This document shows, piece after piece, positions 26,701-36,881 of a stretch of DNA of 45,613 bases; within the stretch, counting starts at the first letter, position 1; each line of letters opens with the position of its first letter. Location: assembly GCA_943371455.1 (NCBI GenBank), contig CALRUV010000001.1:1-45613 (forward strand). Direction: 5' to 3'. Source of the stretch: Chitinophaga pinensis (GTDB taxonomy: Bacteria; Bacteroidota; Bacteroidia; Chitinophagales; Chitinophagaceae). A model generated the notes under the pieces. The model ran no database searches. It was not told the origin of the DNA and saw nothing but the letters and a program-made list of their open reading frames with translations. Position numbers and translations under genes: made by a program.

Positions 26701-29700
26701 TAGTCCGTAACGATTTTAAAATGATTAGTTTTTGCTAACTCCATTATTCTTGAAATCAACTCGTTTCTTTTAATTACAATGTTTGGCAATTTGTTGAAGT
26801 CGGGTGATAATAACATCTTCTGCAACTCTGCTTTTAGTTTTAGCTGTGCCGGTGTGCTATCCCAAAAGCCTGTCAATTTTATTTCGGTGGAAACTAAATT
26901 GAAAATATGTTGGGTTAGGTTTACATTTTGAGCAATTTCTTCATCGGTTAATTTTCTATTGTCAAATAGGTATTCCTTAAATGAATTGAAGAAAGGCATA
27001 TGCTTTTTGCGGTCTAAACCGTAGGTTTCTTCCTTTTCCCTGTTCTTAATTTTCTCCCTTAGTTTTTCTAACTCTTCATAAATGGCTTTCCAGTTGCCTT
27101 TGAAGTTTTCTAAAATCTCCTCTAAGGTTTTGGCAAATGAGGCAAACAATGCAGGATCTTCATCCAAATTAATATCAATGTAATGGCGAATGGCGTGTTC
27201 AACTTCTGCTGCTTTTGTTTTTTCTCTTTTCTTGGTATTTACTCCCTTTTGGAAATCTTCCGCAATAATTGATATTGGTGCAACTGTTTGTTCTAAGCCT
27301 CTACTCTTTAAAAATTCATCTGCAATACTTCTTAATTTTGGTGGAATACCTTTCATACTGAAACGACCATCCCTAAAGTGTTTGAGTGCTAATTCGTTGA
27401 TTTCAGTAAATGTTTTCCAGTCATTAAAAAAGTCTAATGCTTCCTTTCGTGGCAAAACATCGTTGAAACAAGTGGTTAGTTTTTTATAAAGTTTTATATA
27501 CTCAAATCGTATATCCTCATCATAGAACACATCAAAGAAAGCATCGCTATCTGACAAGTCTTCCAAACCTTGTTGCTTTAAATATTCCCAAATGTCTTTA
27601 TGTGCTTTTATAAGTTCGTTTAGTTCCGCTTCATCGTTTGAAATGCAACCTAAAATTTCCTGCAATTCTTTTTCTGTATAAGTATCTAAGGCTCTTTTTA
27701 AATGATGCCCTACACCTACATAATCAACAATGAAACCTTTGTTTTTTCCTTCTGGACCAATACGGTTTACCCTTGCTATGGTTTGTAATAAATTGTGTTC
27801 TATAATAACCCTGTCTAAATACATTACTTGTTCAATAGGTGCATCAAAACCAGTAAGCAACATATTGTTTACTATAATGATACCTACATTGCCATTGAGG
27901 GCTGTATCTTCTTCATCTGTTTTGTCAAATGGAAGTTTGAAACGCTTAATACTCTTTTTGTGATAATCGCCATTTGTAAAAGCCTTGATATGCAAAGCAT
28001 CGTTATGACTGCCCGAAATAACTACTGCAACCTCCAATTGCTTTAACATTTCAATATTAACTTTCATTGGATTATTGATATCCATTTCAGCAATTTTTTG
28101 TTTTAATGCATCCTCAATGGCGACTTTATACCTTACTGCTGCTTCACGACTATTGGCAACTATTTGAGCTTTAAAACCACCTGTAAAGATTTGCTCTACA
28201 TAGTGTGTTACCATATTTTTTGCCTTATCTCTTATGGTTTCAATTGCTTCTAAATAAGCATCCCGACTGCCAAAGCCTAAAATCTGTAAGCGTTCCGTAA
28301 GTTGAAAATCTTTAAAAACATCTTCAAACTTTTTATCCATTCCTTTCTTATCAGGAATTTCAGCATTGTGTGTAAAGCCTTCATATACTATTTCTAAAGT
28401 AACACCATCATCAATTGCCTGACGCATTGTGTATTTATCAATGTAGTCTTTGTATTTCTTTTCTGTTTTGCCTGTTGGTGTACCTGTGAAGCCTATTGAA
28501 GTTGCATTGGGTAATGCCTTATCTAAATTGGCTGCAAGCAAAGAGTATTGAGATCGATGGGCTTCATCGGTCATTACTAAAATGTTGGTATTGGGGTTTA
28601 GTTCAGGGAAAATTTGCAAGCCTTCCAAATCTCCATTTTCTTGAAACTTATGGATCATTGCCATTACCATATCTGAATTATCATTGCTTAATAATTCTTT
28701 TAAACTCTTACCATCTGGTGTGGCTTTCGGATTAATGAAATTTGCATTTTTTATAGTGAACCCTATGCTGTGACCTGTTTCTGATAGTTGTTCCTCAAGT
28801 TGTGTGCGGTCGGTAATAAATACAATTTTCCAAGACTGCAAAGCCGACTTTAATCGCATTTCACGAACCATAAACATCATTGTTAATGACTTGCCCGAAC
28901 CTTGTGTATGCCAAATAATACCTCCACGTTCTAAAGAATTATTACCTTCAATTAATCGCTTGGTGGCTATCTTAACTGCTCTAAATTGTTGGTATCTGCC
29001 AACTACTTTTATTTTTTTGCCTTTATCGTCTATTTGAAAAACTGTGAATACCTGAATAATGTCTAAAAGGTTTCTTAAATCTAACATACCAGCAACCATT
29101 CGTTGCTGATCGTTGGGACTACTTGCACCGTGTTCTAAATCGTTTAATGATTTTGGATAGGGATCTGTCCAACGATAAAAGTGCTTTTCTATTCCAGTTG
29201 TTATTGTGCCAAACTTAGCTTCGGTTCGGCAGGTCGTAATAATAAACTGATTGTAAAAGAATAGTTCTTTATTTCCTTCGCCTGTATCGCCTCTTTGTTC
29301 ACTATACCGCATTAACTGGTCAATGGCTTCGGCAATTGGTTCTTTTACCTTTGATGATTTGGCTTCTACTACAACAATTGGTAAACCGTTTACAAACAAT
29401 ACTAAGTCGGGAATAATATGGTGGTCTGTACCTGTTACTTTAACCTTGAATTGCGATATGGCTGTAAAAACATTGTTCTCTAAGTTTTCAAAATCAATGA
29501 AACGAACTGTTGGGCTGTATTCTCCTGTTTGCTCATTGGAGGAAACTGTTGTATTTTCTAACAAGTAGGTTAATACCTGCTGATTGTTTTCTATTAAGCT
29601 ATTTTTTTGAAAGGTGGTTATTTTCCGTACCACTTCATCTAATTGTCCTTCGGTTAAAAATGGATTAATGGTAATGAGTGCATTGCGCAGTTTGGGAAGC

Positions 29701-29900
29701 AATACTGGTTCTGAAAACGAGGTGCGATAACTCTGTTCAGGGGTTTGTTGCATTTCCAGCTCTAATACTTGGTTCTTGCCTGTGTTCCAACCTAAGCCTT
29801 TTAATTGTTCAATAAAAGGTTTTTCAACATGGCTGTATTCATCCAGTTTAAGAGATGAAGCGATATTTCCCCTGTATTTGTTATCGTTACTTAATATCAT
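26700..29900 (-). CDS. hsdR: Type I restriction endonuclease subunit R
   Basis: PDLVLFVNGLP..VVEAK, QLMRY, WHTQGSGKS, DEAHRSQ, FTGTP, MLLTGFDAP, QTIARVNR. Confidence 0.95.
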   Translation of the reverse strand: MILSNDNKYRGNIASSLKLDEYSHVEKPFIEQLKGLGWNTGKNQVLELEMQQTPEQSYRTSFSEPVLLPKLRNALITINPFLTEGQLDEVVRKITTFQKNSLIENNQQVLTYLLENTTVSSNEQTGEYSPTVRFIDFENLENNVFTAISQFKVKVTGTDHHIIPDLVLFVNGLPIVVVEAKSSKVKEPIAEAIDQLMRYSEQRGDTGEGNKELFFYNQFIITTCRTEAKFGTITTGIEKHFYRWTDPYPKSLNDLEHGASSPNDQQRMVAGMLDLRNLLDIIQVFTVFQIDDKGKKIKVVGRYQQFRAVKIATKRLIEGNNSLERGGIIWHTQGSGKSLTMMFMVREMRLKSALQSWKIVFITDRTQLEEQLSETGHSIGFTIKNANFINPKATPDGKSLKELLSNDNSDMVMAMIHKFQENGDLEGLQIFPELNPNTNILVMTDEAHRSQYSLLAANLDKALPNATSIGFTGTPTGKTEKKYKDYIDKYTMRQAIDDGVTLEIVYEGFTHNAEIPDKKGMDKKFEDVFKDFQLTERLQILGFGSRDAYLEAIETIRDKAKNMVTHYVEQIFTGGFKAQIVANSREAAVRYKVAIEDALKQKIAEMDINNPMKVNIEMLKQLEVAVVISGSHNDALHIKAFTNGDYHKKSIKRFKLPFDKTDEEDTALNGNVGIIIVNNMLLTGFDAPIEQVMYLDRVIIEHNLLQTIARVNRIGPEGKNKGFIVDYVGVGHHLKRALDTYTEKELQEILGCISNDEAELNELIKAHKDIWEYLKQQGLEDLSDSDAFFDVFYDEDIRFEYIKLYKKLTTCFNDVLPRKEALDFFNDWKTFTEINELALKHFRDGRFSMKGIPPKLRSIADEFLKSRGLEQTVAPISIIAEDFQKGVNTKKREKTKAAEVEHAIRHYIDINLDEDPALFASFAKTLEEILENFKGNWKAIYEELEKLREKIKNREKEETYGLDRKKHMPFFNSFKEYLFDNRKLTDEEIAQNVNLTQHIFNLVSTEIKLTGFWDSTPAQLKLKAELQKMLLSPDFNKLPNIVIKRNELISRIMELAKTNHFKIVTD

Positions 29901-29909
29901 ATTAACACT

Positions 29910-32900
29910 TTAACTTTTTAATTGAATGTCAATTGCAGTATTATTTGCCTTTATAAAATATTTTTTGTTGTCTATATCGTTTATTTGTCCAAAAATATTG
30001 ACCGTGTCGTGTCCAGTAATGTAACTATTGTCATAAATAGAAGAAGTATTATTGAAAATAATTTTTTCTAAATCAGAAGCTTTATGAATAAATAGATTCC
30101 CAAAATTTGAATGATATGTATTCTTTATTTTATTGATAAATGGGTTTTCAGGAATTGAAGTAAACGGATGTAATATTATTAGATAGTCTTTGGCACGACT
30201 AATGGCTACATTGTAGATATACTCTTTAGAAAGTAAACATTTAGTGTTACCTGTATATTTATAATTATTAGGATTCGAGATAAAAAATATAATATCACAT
30301 TCATCACCTTGAAACCCGTGAACAGTATCTGCATAAATTTTTAGTTTATCAGAAATACCAAAAGAGGTAATTAGCTTGTTCATCATAACTGCTTGAGCTT
30401 TGTATGGAGCAATTAACCCAATTGTCCAATTATCCCCATCCGTAAGAGTAGCATCAAAATATTTAATTATTTCACAAACTAGGATTGCACTGTAAATATG
30501 ATAGGAGCTATAAAATAATTGCCTGATTTTGTAAATTGAATCTTCATTATTCAATGGAATATCAATAAACATCACATTATTACTTAATAATTTTTGAAAA
30601 GTAGCTGGCAATGGCTTGGGTTTACTTTTAACTATTTCTCTTTGATGTTTTAATAACTTGCCATAAGAAAATTCACTAAATAGTTGGCCTATCTTTTTAA
30701 TACTTCGATACTGTACCTTTAAGTTCTCAATTGTATCATTAGCCCTTAGCAACTGTTCGTTTTCATTGAAGCTCTTAATATTCATCATTGAATAAATATT
30801 CTCATCTTGAATATCTAACTCCTCTAATTCTTTATCGTTTACATCAATTACTGGTGGGATTTGTTTTGGGTCACCCGCAATGATAAATTTAACATTTGGA
30901 CTAAATTTTGAAATTGAAAGAATTGAAAAGACTATATAAGGGAGATTAATCATTGAAGCTTCATCAAATACTACATAATCCCAGTGATTTTCAAGTTTAA
31001 AGAGTTTTATTTCCGTATCATCATTCGTGTCAAATGCTTTGGTGTATGGTATCCTATGTATTGTCATTGCAAGTACATTAGCCATGTTTAACAAATCATT
31101 ACTTACGGAATCCTGATAAATGTCTAACGCTAATGATTCTATTTCGGGATCAGTAGGTTTACCAATTCGAAAAACAGACAGGTAATAATTATCCTCTTTA
31201 AGTTTATCAATTTTAGAAGCTATGATATCATTTTCTGAGTTGGATTGTATTAAAAGTTTTTTACACAAAACATCAGCTGCCTTATTTGTTGGTGTTAAGA
31301 ATAAATATCTAGTATTAGGATTTTGGGCTACATCATCTAATATTTTACAACATAAAGTAGTTGTTTTCCCTGTACCTGGTGGACCATAGATAAAATGTAG
31401 CTTTGGTAAAACAGAACTTATATCTTCCCATGTGTCAATATAATTGTGATTAGAAAATGCATTTTTAAGCTCTTTCAACAAATCCATCCGAGGAGTAAAT
31501 TTGATTTCAATTTGAAAAATTGATTCAAAGTTTGAAGTCACTTCTTTGCTAATACCATTTGGGCAGAAAATTAATAAATCTTGTCCTTGTTTTTGAGCAC
31601 CTTCAACTATAATTGGAATGTATTTATTATTCTTCAATAAAAATATTAAATCGAAATCACTAACTTCTTCAATAGTATCACTGATATACGAACTTGCACC
31701 ACAAAGCAAAAAATATTTATTGGAAAGCAAATTATTAACAACTTGCCTTTTAATAGTATGAAAGCGAATTGTTTTTTGCTTATAATTATCTGTTGAATTT
31801 TTTGAGAAAGTTAGGAGATATTCTAAATATGAAATGAACCAAGTGTATGAATACTTTGTATTATCTTTTATATTGCTTATTAAATCTTGCCTTTCCTGTT
31901 TTAAGTTTTCTTCTCTAAAGGCTTCCTGTAATGCTTGCAAGTGTTCGCTACTAACATCGTCTTTGCTTGCAGAATTATAGGCATTGTAGATACTTGCCAA
32001 CATTGAATCTCTTTTGGTAATAAGCTCTTCAATTTCTTGAATGTATTCATTTTCACTTTCTATAAATGCATTTAATAACCCATCTAAATGAATTGTTTTT
32101 AAATAATGGATATTCAAACGCTCCTCACTATCAAAGTACAGATAGTACTGACCTTCACATATTACACCTATGTATTGCTTTTCTCCTTCGTATACTTCGT
32201 AAATATTGAATTTTAATTCATTCTCTTTTCGAAGAATTATATTGTGTTGCTTACTCCAATTATGATAAAATGGTTCATCATGCAATTCAGAATTTAATGA
32301 TATTTCAAACTCTTTTTCAAAAATCAATTCACTAGATATTGCTTTAATTTTTTCATTTAGAAGTAGTGTTTCTTTAACTATATAATAATCTGAATAAATT
32401 AAATTTAGATTATTTGCTTTATCATTTTTTAATTTGGAATGAACTGTGTCATCAATTCTACACAAAGAAAATTCATCTCGCTTTACTAACTTAAAAGAAT
32501 CAGTATTACTATATACAAGTAATGGACTATCAATATTATTTTCAATTAGGTGATTAATGATTTTCTCGATTTCCGGTATTTGAGAGAAATGTTGAATCCC
32601 CGAATAAATAAATGGCAGAGTATTTAAGCTTGTAAAATCGCCAGCTAACCCATTTAATGTATTTAACAGAAGTGTATCACTGAATTTTAGTATATCTATT
32701 TCAGTTAGATAGCTACTCTTTTCTGCTAAAAGGAATAATCTAACCAATTCTATATAACTGTCATCTACGTTAACTCCAATTGCTTTTAAAAACGTTTGCT
32801 TCGACTTATCTTTTTGACACCAATTTGTAAGTTCCACTGGCAACACTTCATCCCCTGTATGTATGCCACCTAAAATATACTGAGCAGGATTTAAGCCTAA

Positions 32901-35900
32901 AAAGGGTTCCCATTCTTCATTCCTCTTATATTCTCTTATAGTGCTTGGAAGGTTTTTCCAGCCTTTATATAAATACTCTAATTTATCATCTATAAGGCCC
33001 CCTAAGTTAAAAAGCACAGATGGACTTAGTCCTTTAACAAATAGATATTTAGAAGCAATAATATCATCTTCATTTTCTCCATAATTGAAAACTTCTAAGT
33101 CTGAAAGTTGGAATATCTCTTGGATATTTTTGTAGTTTTCATTAATTAAATACGAAAGGGATATGTTTTTTAAGTTTTCATCTGAATATATAATCAGTGA
33201 GCCTTTTATAAAATACCATTCAGAGTCTTGAGAAAGCAAACTATATTCTGTTATACTTTCTTTCACAAATTTGCCAGATAGTAAAAGAAAAGCTAATTGA
33301 TGGCTATTTTCTATTTGCTTATCAGTCAACCTCTCGATGAATTTATTTTTTAACTCCTCCGATAAGCCAACTTTTGATATTTTAAATAAATTATTGGCCT
33401 TTATCGGATTAATTAAATTTCTATTTAATGCCGCATCATGAAATCCTTGAATGAGCTTGATAGTATTAGCATTTTCTAAGTTTAATATTTGCGATTGTGA
33501 AAGATTTATTGTTTTGTCACCTGTTTTTACCTCTATTGTATCTTGAGCACTATCTATTGTGCTAATAATTATTTCATTGTCATTTTCATAGACAAGTATT
33601 TTATTTTGAATTGTTGAAAATTCATCTGAAGTCAAAGTATCATTTACTACATCATTTAATAACTTTAAATAGAGTTCGTTTTGACTTTCTTCCACCCAAG
33701 ATGCATCTAATCTTAAATAGGTTAATTTGCTTAGTAGGGATTTCTTATCATCATACCTTTCGTTTAAAACAATTTCAATTAAATCTAACTCTTGCTCAAT
33801 AGATTCTTCACTAAATGATTCTATTAAATGAACTACCAATGACGAATCGACTAATTTTAGTTTATTTAATTGAACATTTAATCCATCTGGAAGTAAAACA
33901 AACTGATTGGGGTAGTGCTTTGAGATATAAGTTATTATACTTTGCTTTGAAGTATTAAATTGCTTTAAGCCTGACGAGCTATCAATTGTATATATGTTGT
34001 CATTGAAAACAATACAATTAGTTTCAAAAAAATCTAAATTACAATTTGAAGAAAATAGTATAATATCATTTAGTTCATCGATTGATACTTCTGTATTTTC
34101 AATAGCAGGATTAATGTTGTTGCTTGAGTAAGACAACGGCATTTCATCTAAATAGTTTAAAAGATATTTATCAGGAACATAAAGCTCAAAAAACTTTAAA
34201 CAAATTTGTTGCACTCTTATGAAATCCTTATCTGACAATGAGGTTAATGATTTATTGAAAAATATATCCTCTGATTTTAGTACTTCTGATTTGTAAACTA
34301 TTAAATCTTGATTGGATAATAAATGTTGTTGCTTAACAACCCAGCTACTTTCATTGAATAAGTTGGCTATTTCGGGAAAAACCTCTTTTACTTTACTGCT
34401 GTTTCTCGATATAAAATTTAATGTATCTGCCCAAAATGGGTATACGATATTTTGATAAACCTCTTTCCTGTTATCCAATAAAAATGTTTTAAGCTGATCG
34501 TCCGCCTCTTTAGAAGATATACTGAAAACATTTAACCAACTATTGGTTTGCGAAGCTAATAGTGACTTAAAAGCCACAGGATTGCCTAAATTGTTATTAA
34601 ACAATTTAAGTTCTTTTATTCTTTCAGTTACGCTTTCAGAATTTAATGTTCTAAAAGCATTGAAAATCTTTAGTTTTTCTGTTTTTGAAAGTTTTGACAG
34701 ATTTTCATCCTTTACACAAAGACTAAATAATTGCGTAAGTTCAGTATATCCTTTATGTTTTGAAGCCTGTAATAAATATGTTCTGAATATTTCTACGAAT
34801 TTATATTCGTTCAAATCAATTAAGGTAGTAATTAAACCAGCTTTGATTAAAATATCATTTACTTCACCAAGTGTATTATGTAGTAAAAAATAACCCTCCT
34901 TTTCCTTTTCCAAAAATTCAGACAATGAAAGTATATCACCGTTTGAAAATTTGAAGAGTTGTAGTTTTAAAAGCTGGGGTTTAATTTGGTTTACCAACGA
35001 TACATTACCTTCAAAAGAAGACAATTCCTGTAAGACTAATTTAATCTTTTCATCTTCTTTATTGAGCCAATTATTAATATGGGTGTCAATTCCTTCATTT
35101 TTTAATAGGTCAAAAATTGTATATTCTTCTATTTCAAGTTTCTCTACTGCCTTCGTTAAAATTGCTTCATTTTCTATGTTCCAATAAAACCAATTTACAT
35201 TAGGTAAGCCCCAGGTGCTTGTGTCAATTCCAATGTTAGTTTTTTTAATAAAAACTTTACTACTGTCAGGTTCAATTGAATAATCTTTGTTTTGTATTGA
35301 AATACTTACTGGAATGTACTTTTCTAATAGTTTATTAATTGGATTTATAAAAGGAGGCTCTATCCAAAGTCTATCTTGATTTGTACTCTTCCCTGATGTT
35401 AAAAGTGCTGCATAGAAATGAAGAAATAAAGATTTTTCGGATTGGTTTTGTGATCCTGCCAACGCTTCAAGTTTTTCCTCAATTTTGGTTACAATTACTT
35501 TTAATAGGCGTTCATTAATGCCCTCTTCTTTATTATTTCCCTTGTGTAAAAATGTTCTTGAACTTCCCTTATAAAAAGCATTGGAATGAAGTATGTAATT
35601 AAAGTTGTGTACTTCTTCTGACAAAGGGAAGTATAGATAAAAGTTTGGCGCTCCTTTAAAAAACTCTCCTATTTCGTGATGCTTTCTAAACCCAAAAAGG
35701 GCTTCAATATTTGCTTCTTCAGTTATTCTTCTTTTTTGTTCAATGGTTAGTTCTTCAAAACTATCAACACCAAAACGAATATGAGCATAGGTATCTTTTT
35801 CATCTTCTTTATTTACACTTAGCTTTATGTATTCTAAATCAGGATAGGTAATTGGTTCGTCATTATTTAGCTGCACCGTTTGTAGCAACTTAGATTCTTT

Positions 35901-36881
35901 CTCTTCATCAGGAGCCGTTTCTTTTAAAATAGCAATAGCAAATTTTACACCCTCTTTTAAATTTACTTCTGCCAGTTCCTCCTCTTTTCCTGAACCCAAT
36001 TTTATAAAAAATAAAGCCCCTTCGTTGTAGGTATCTTTATTCAATATTTTTTGATTGTTTTTAACCCATCGGCACAGTACTTCGTATTCTGCTTGGCCAA
36101 ATGGATTAACAGTTGCCTGTAATCCGTTTGCCATTTTGGGTAATTCTTCAACAGAATCGTTTTGAGGTAAACAAGGAAAGCATGTAATTAATATTTTGAA
36201 AAGCCAGGGATAATCGTCTTTTACTTCGTAATTGCCGTTTTCTTTTGGTTGATATTGTAGTGTTTGTGGTTCAATATTTTCGGACTTTGCTAAATGCTCT
36301 ATTTCATAATTTTTCCAACTGAACAAAACAGGACCAGAGTTCTCGTTAATTAGCTCTTGTAAGCCATTATCCTTACCTACTAAACGGTGGGCTAATTTGA
36401 AGCCAATACCAAATTTACCTATGGTTTGACTGTCATTTGTTTTAGTTGAAGAGCCTACATTAAGTATGGAACGAACACTGTCTAAATTAAACATCTTACC
36501 ATTGTTAGCAACCAATAAATAATGATTGCCATCAACTTCATCTTTCCCCCAAACCATTGAATAGTGAGTACTTCCTGCATCTACAGCGTTTTGTAAGAAC
36601 TCATATACAGCTTGCCCGTCTTTAGCCATATCCAAAAAACTTTGTAAAAAGTTTTCTATACCGGCTTCAGCTTTTCCATATCCTTCTTTATCTCCGTGAT
36701 AAATCTCAAACCAACCGAATTTTTTCTTTCCTGTTTCTTTTTCTACCAAAAAATTGCCAATAAAGTTTTCATCCCGAGTAGGTAAGTCTCGGATTTCATT
36801 TTTATAAAAACTACGATATTCTTGAATGTTCTTTATTTTCATCAGGCAACTATCTTTTAAATTTGGCTTTAATGATTTCAT
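29910..36881 (-). CDS. Giant protein: sacsin/Nov-type GHKL ATPase N-terminus + C-terminal UPF1/DNA2-like SF1 helicase
   Basis: EFLQNAVDA, NNG..F and IGKFGIGFK (GHKL). GPPGTGKTT, TPTNKAAD, FDEAS, GDPKQIPP, QYRS, TVHGFQGDE and NVAISRAK (SF1B). True start is probably the ATG at 36842. Confidence 0.85.
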   Translation of the reverse strand: MKSLKPNLKDSCLMKIKNIQEYRSFYKNEIRDLPTRDENFIGNFLVEKETGKKKFGWFEIYHGDKEGYGKAEAGIENFLQSFLDMAKDGQAVYEFLQNAVDAGSTHYSMVWGKDEVDGNHYLLVANNGKMFNLDSVRSILNVGSSTKTNDSQTIGKFGIGFKLAHRLVGKDNGLQELINENSGPVLFSWKNYEIEHLAKSENIEPQTLQYQPKENGNYEVKDDYPWLFKILITCFPCLPQNDSVEELPKMANGLQATVNPFGQAEYEVLCRWVKNNQKILNKDTYNEGALFFIKLGSGKEEELAEVNLKEGVKFAIAILKETAPDEEKESKLLQTVQLNNDEPITYPDLEYIKLSVNKEDEKDTYAHIRFGVDSFEELTIEQKRRITEEANIEALFGFRKHHEIGEFFKGAPNFYLYFPLSEEVHNFNYILHSNAFYKGSSRTFLHKGNNKEEGINERLLKVIVTKIEEKLEALAGSQNQSEKSLFLHFYAALLTSGKSTNQDRLWIEPPFINPINKLLEKYIPVSISIQNKDYSIEPDSSKVFIKKTNIGIDTSTWGLPNVNWFYWNIENEAILTKAVEKLEIEEYTIFDLLKNEGIDTHINNWLNKEDEKIKLVLQELSSFEGNVSLVNQIKPQLLKLQLFKFSNGDILSLSEFLEKEKEGYFLLHNTLGEVNDILIKAGLITTLIDLNEYKFVEIFRTYLLQASKHKGYTELTQLFSLCVKDENLSKLSKTEKLKIFNAFRTLNSESVTERIKELKLFNNNLGNPVAFKSLLASQTNSWLNVFSISSKEADDQLKTFLLDNRKEVYQNIVYPFWADTLNFISRNSSKVKEVFPEIANLFNESSWVVKQQHLLSNQDLIVYKSEVLKSEDIFFNKSLTSLSDKDFIRVQQICLKFFELYVPDKYLLNYLDEMPLSYSSNNINPAIENTEVSIDELNDIILFSSNCNLDFFETNCIVFNDNIYTIDSSSGLKQFNTSKQSIITYISKHYPNQFVLLPDGLNVQLNKLKLVDSSLVVHLIESFSEESIEQELDLIEIVLNERYDDKKSLLSKLTYLRLDASWVEESQNELYLKLLNDVVNDTLTSDEFSTIQNKILVYENDNEIIISTIDSAQDTIEVKTGDKTINLSQSQILNLENANTIKLIQGFHDAALNRNLINPIKANNLFKISKVGLSEELKNKFIERLTDKQIENSHQLAFLLLSGKFVKESITEYSLLSQDSEWYFIKGSLIIYSDENLKNISLSYLINENYKNIQEIFQLSDLEVFNYGENEDDIIASKYLFVKGLSPSVLFNLGGLIDDKLEYLYKGWKNLPSTIREYKRNEEWEPFLGLNPAQYILGGIHTGDEVLPVELTNWCQKDKSKQTFLKAIGVNVDDSYIELVRLFLLAEKSSYLTEIDILKFSDTLLLNTLNGLAGDFTSLNTLPFIYSGIQHFSQIPEIEKIINHLIENNIDSPLLVYSNTDSFKLVKRDEFSLCRIDDTVHSKLKNDKANNLNLIYSDYYIVKETLLLNEKIKAISSELIFEKEFEISLNSELHDEPFYHNWSKQHNIILRKENELKFNIYEVYEGEKQYIGVICEGQYYLYFDSEERLNIHYLKTIHLDGLLNAFIESENEYIQEIEELITKRDSMLASIYNAYNSASKDDVSSEHLQALQEAFREENLKQERQDLISNIKDNTKYSYTWFISYLEYLLTFSKNSTDNYKQKTIRFHTIKRQVVNNLLSNKYFLLCGASSYISDTIEEVSDFDLIFLLKNNKYIPIIVEGAQKQGQDLLIFCPNGISKEVTSNFESIFQIEIKFTPRMDLLKELKNAFSNHNYIDTWEDISSVLPKLHFIYGPPGTGKTTTLCCKILDDVAQNPNTRYLFLTPTNKAADVLCKKLLIQSNSENDIIASKIDKLKEDNYYLSVFRIGKPTDPEIESLALDIYQDSVSNDLLNMANVLAMTIHRIPYTKAFDTNDDTEIKLFKLENHWDYVVFDEASMINLPYIVFSILSISKFSPNVKFIIAGDPKQIPPVIDVNDKELEELDIQDENIYSMMNIKSFNENEQLLRANDTIENLKVQYRSIKKIGQLFSEFSYGKLLKHQREIVKSKPKPLPATFQKLLSNNVMFIDIPLNNEDSIYKIRQLFYSSYHIYSAILVCEIIKYFDATLTDGDNWTIGLIAPYKAQAVMMNKLITSFGISDKLKIYADTVHGFQGDECDIIFFISNPNNYKYTGNTKCLLSKEYIYNVAISRAKDYLIILHPFTSIPENPFINKIKNTYHSNFGNLFIHKASDLEKIIFNNTSSIYDNSYITGHDTVNIFGQINDIDNKKYFIKANNTAIDIQLKS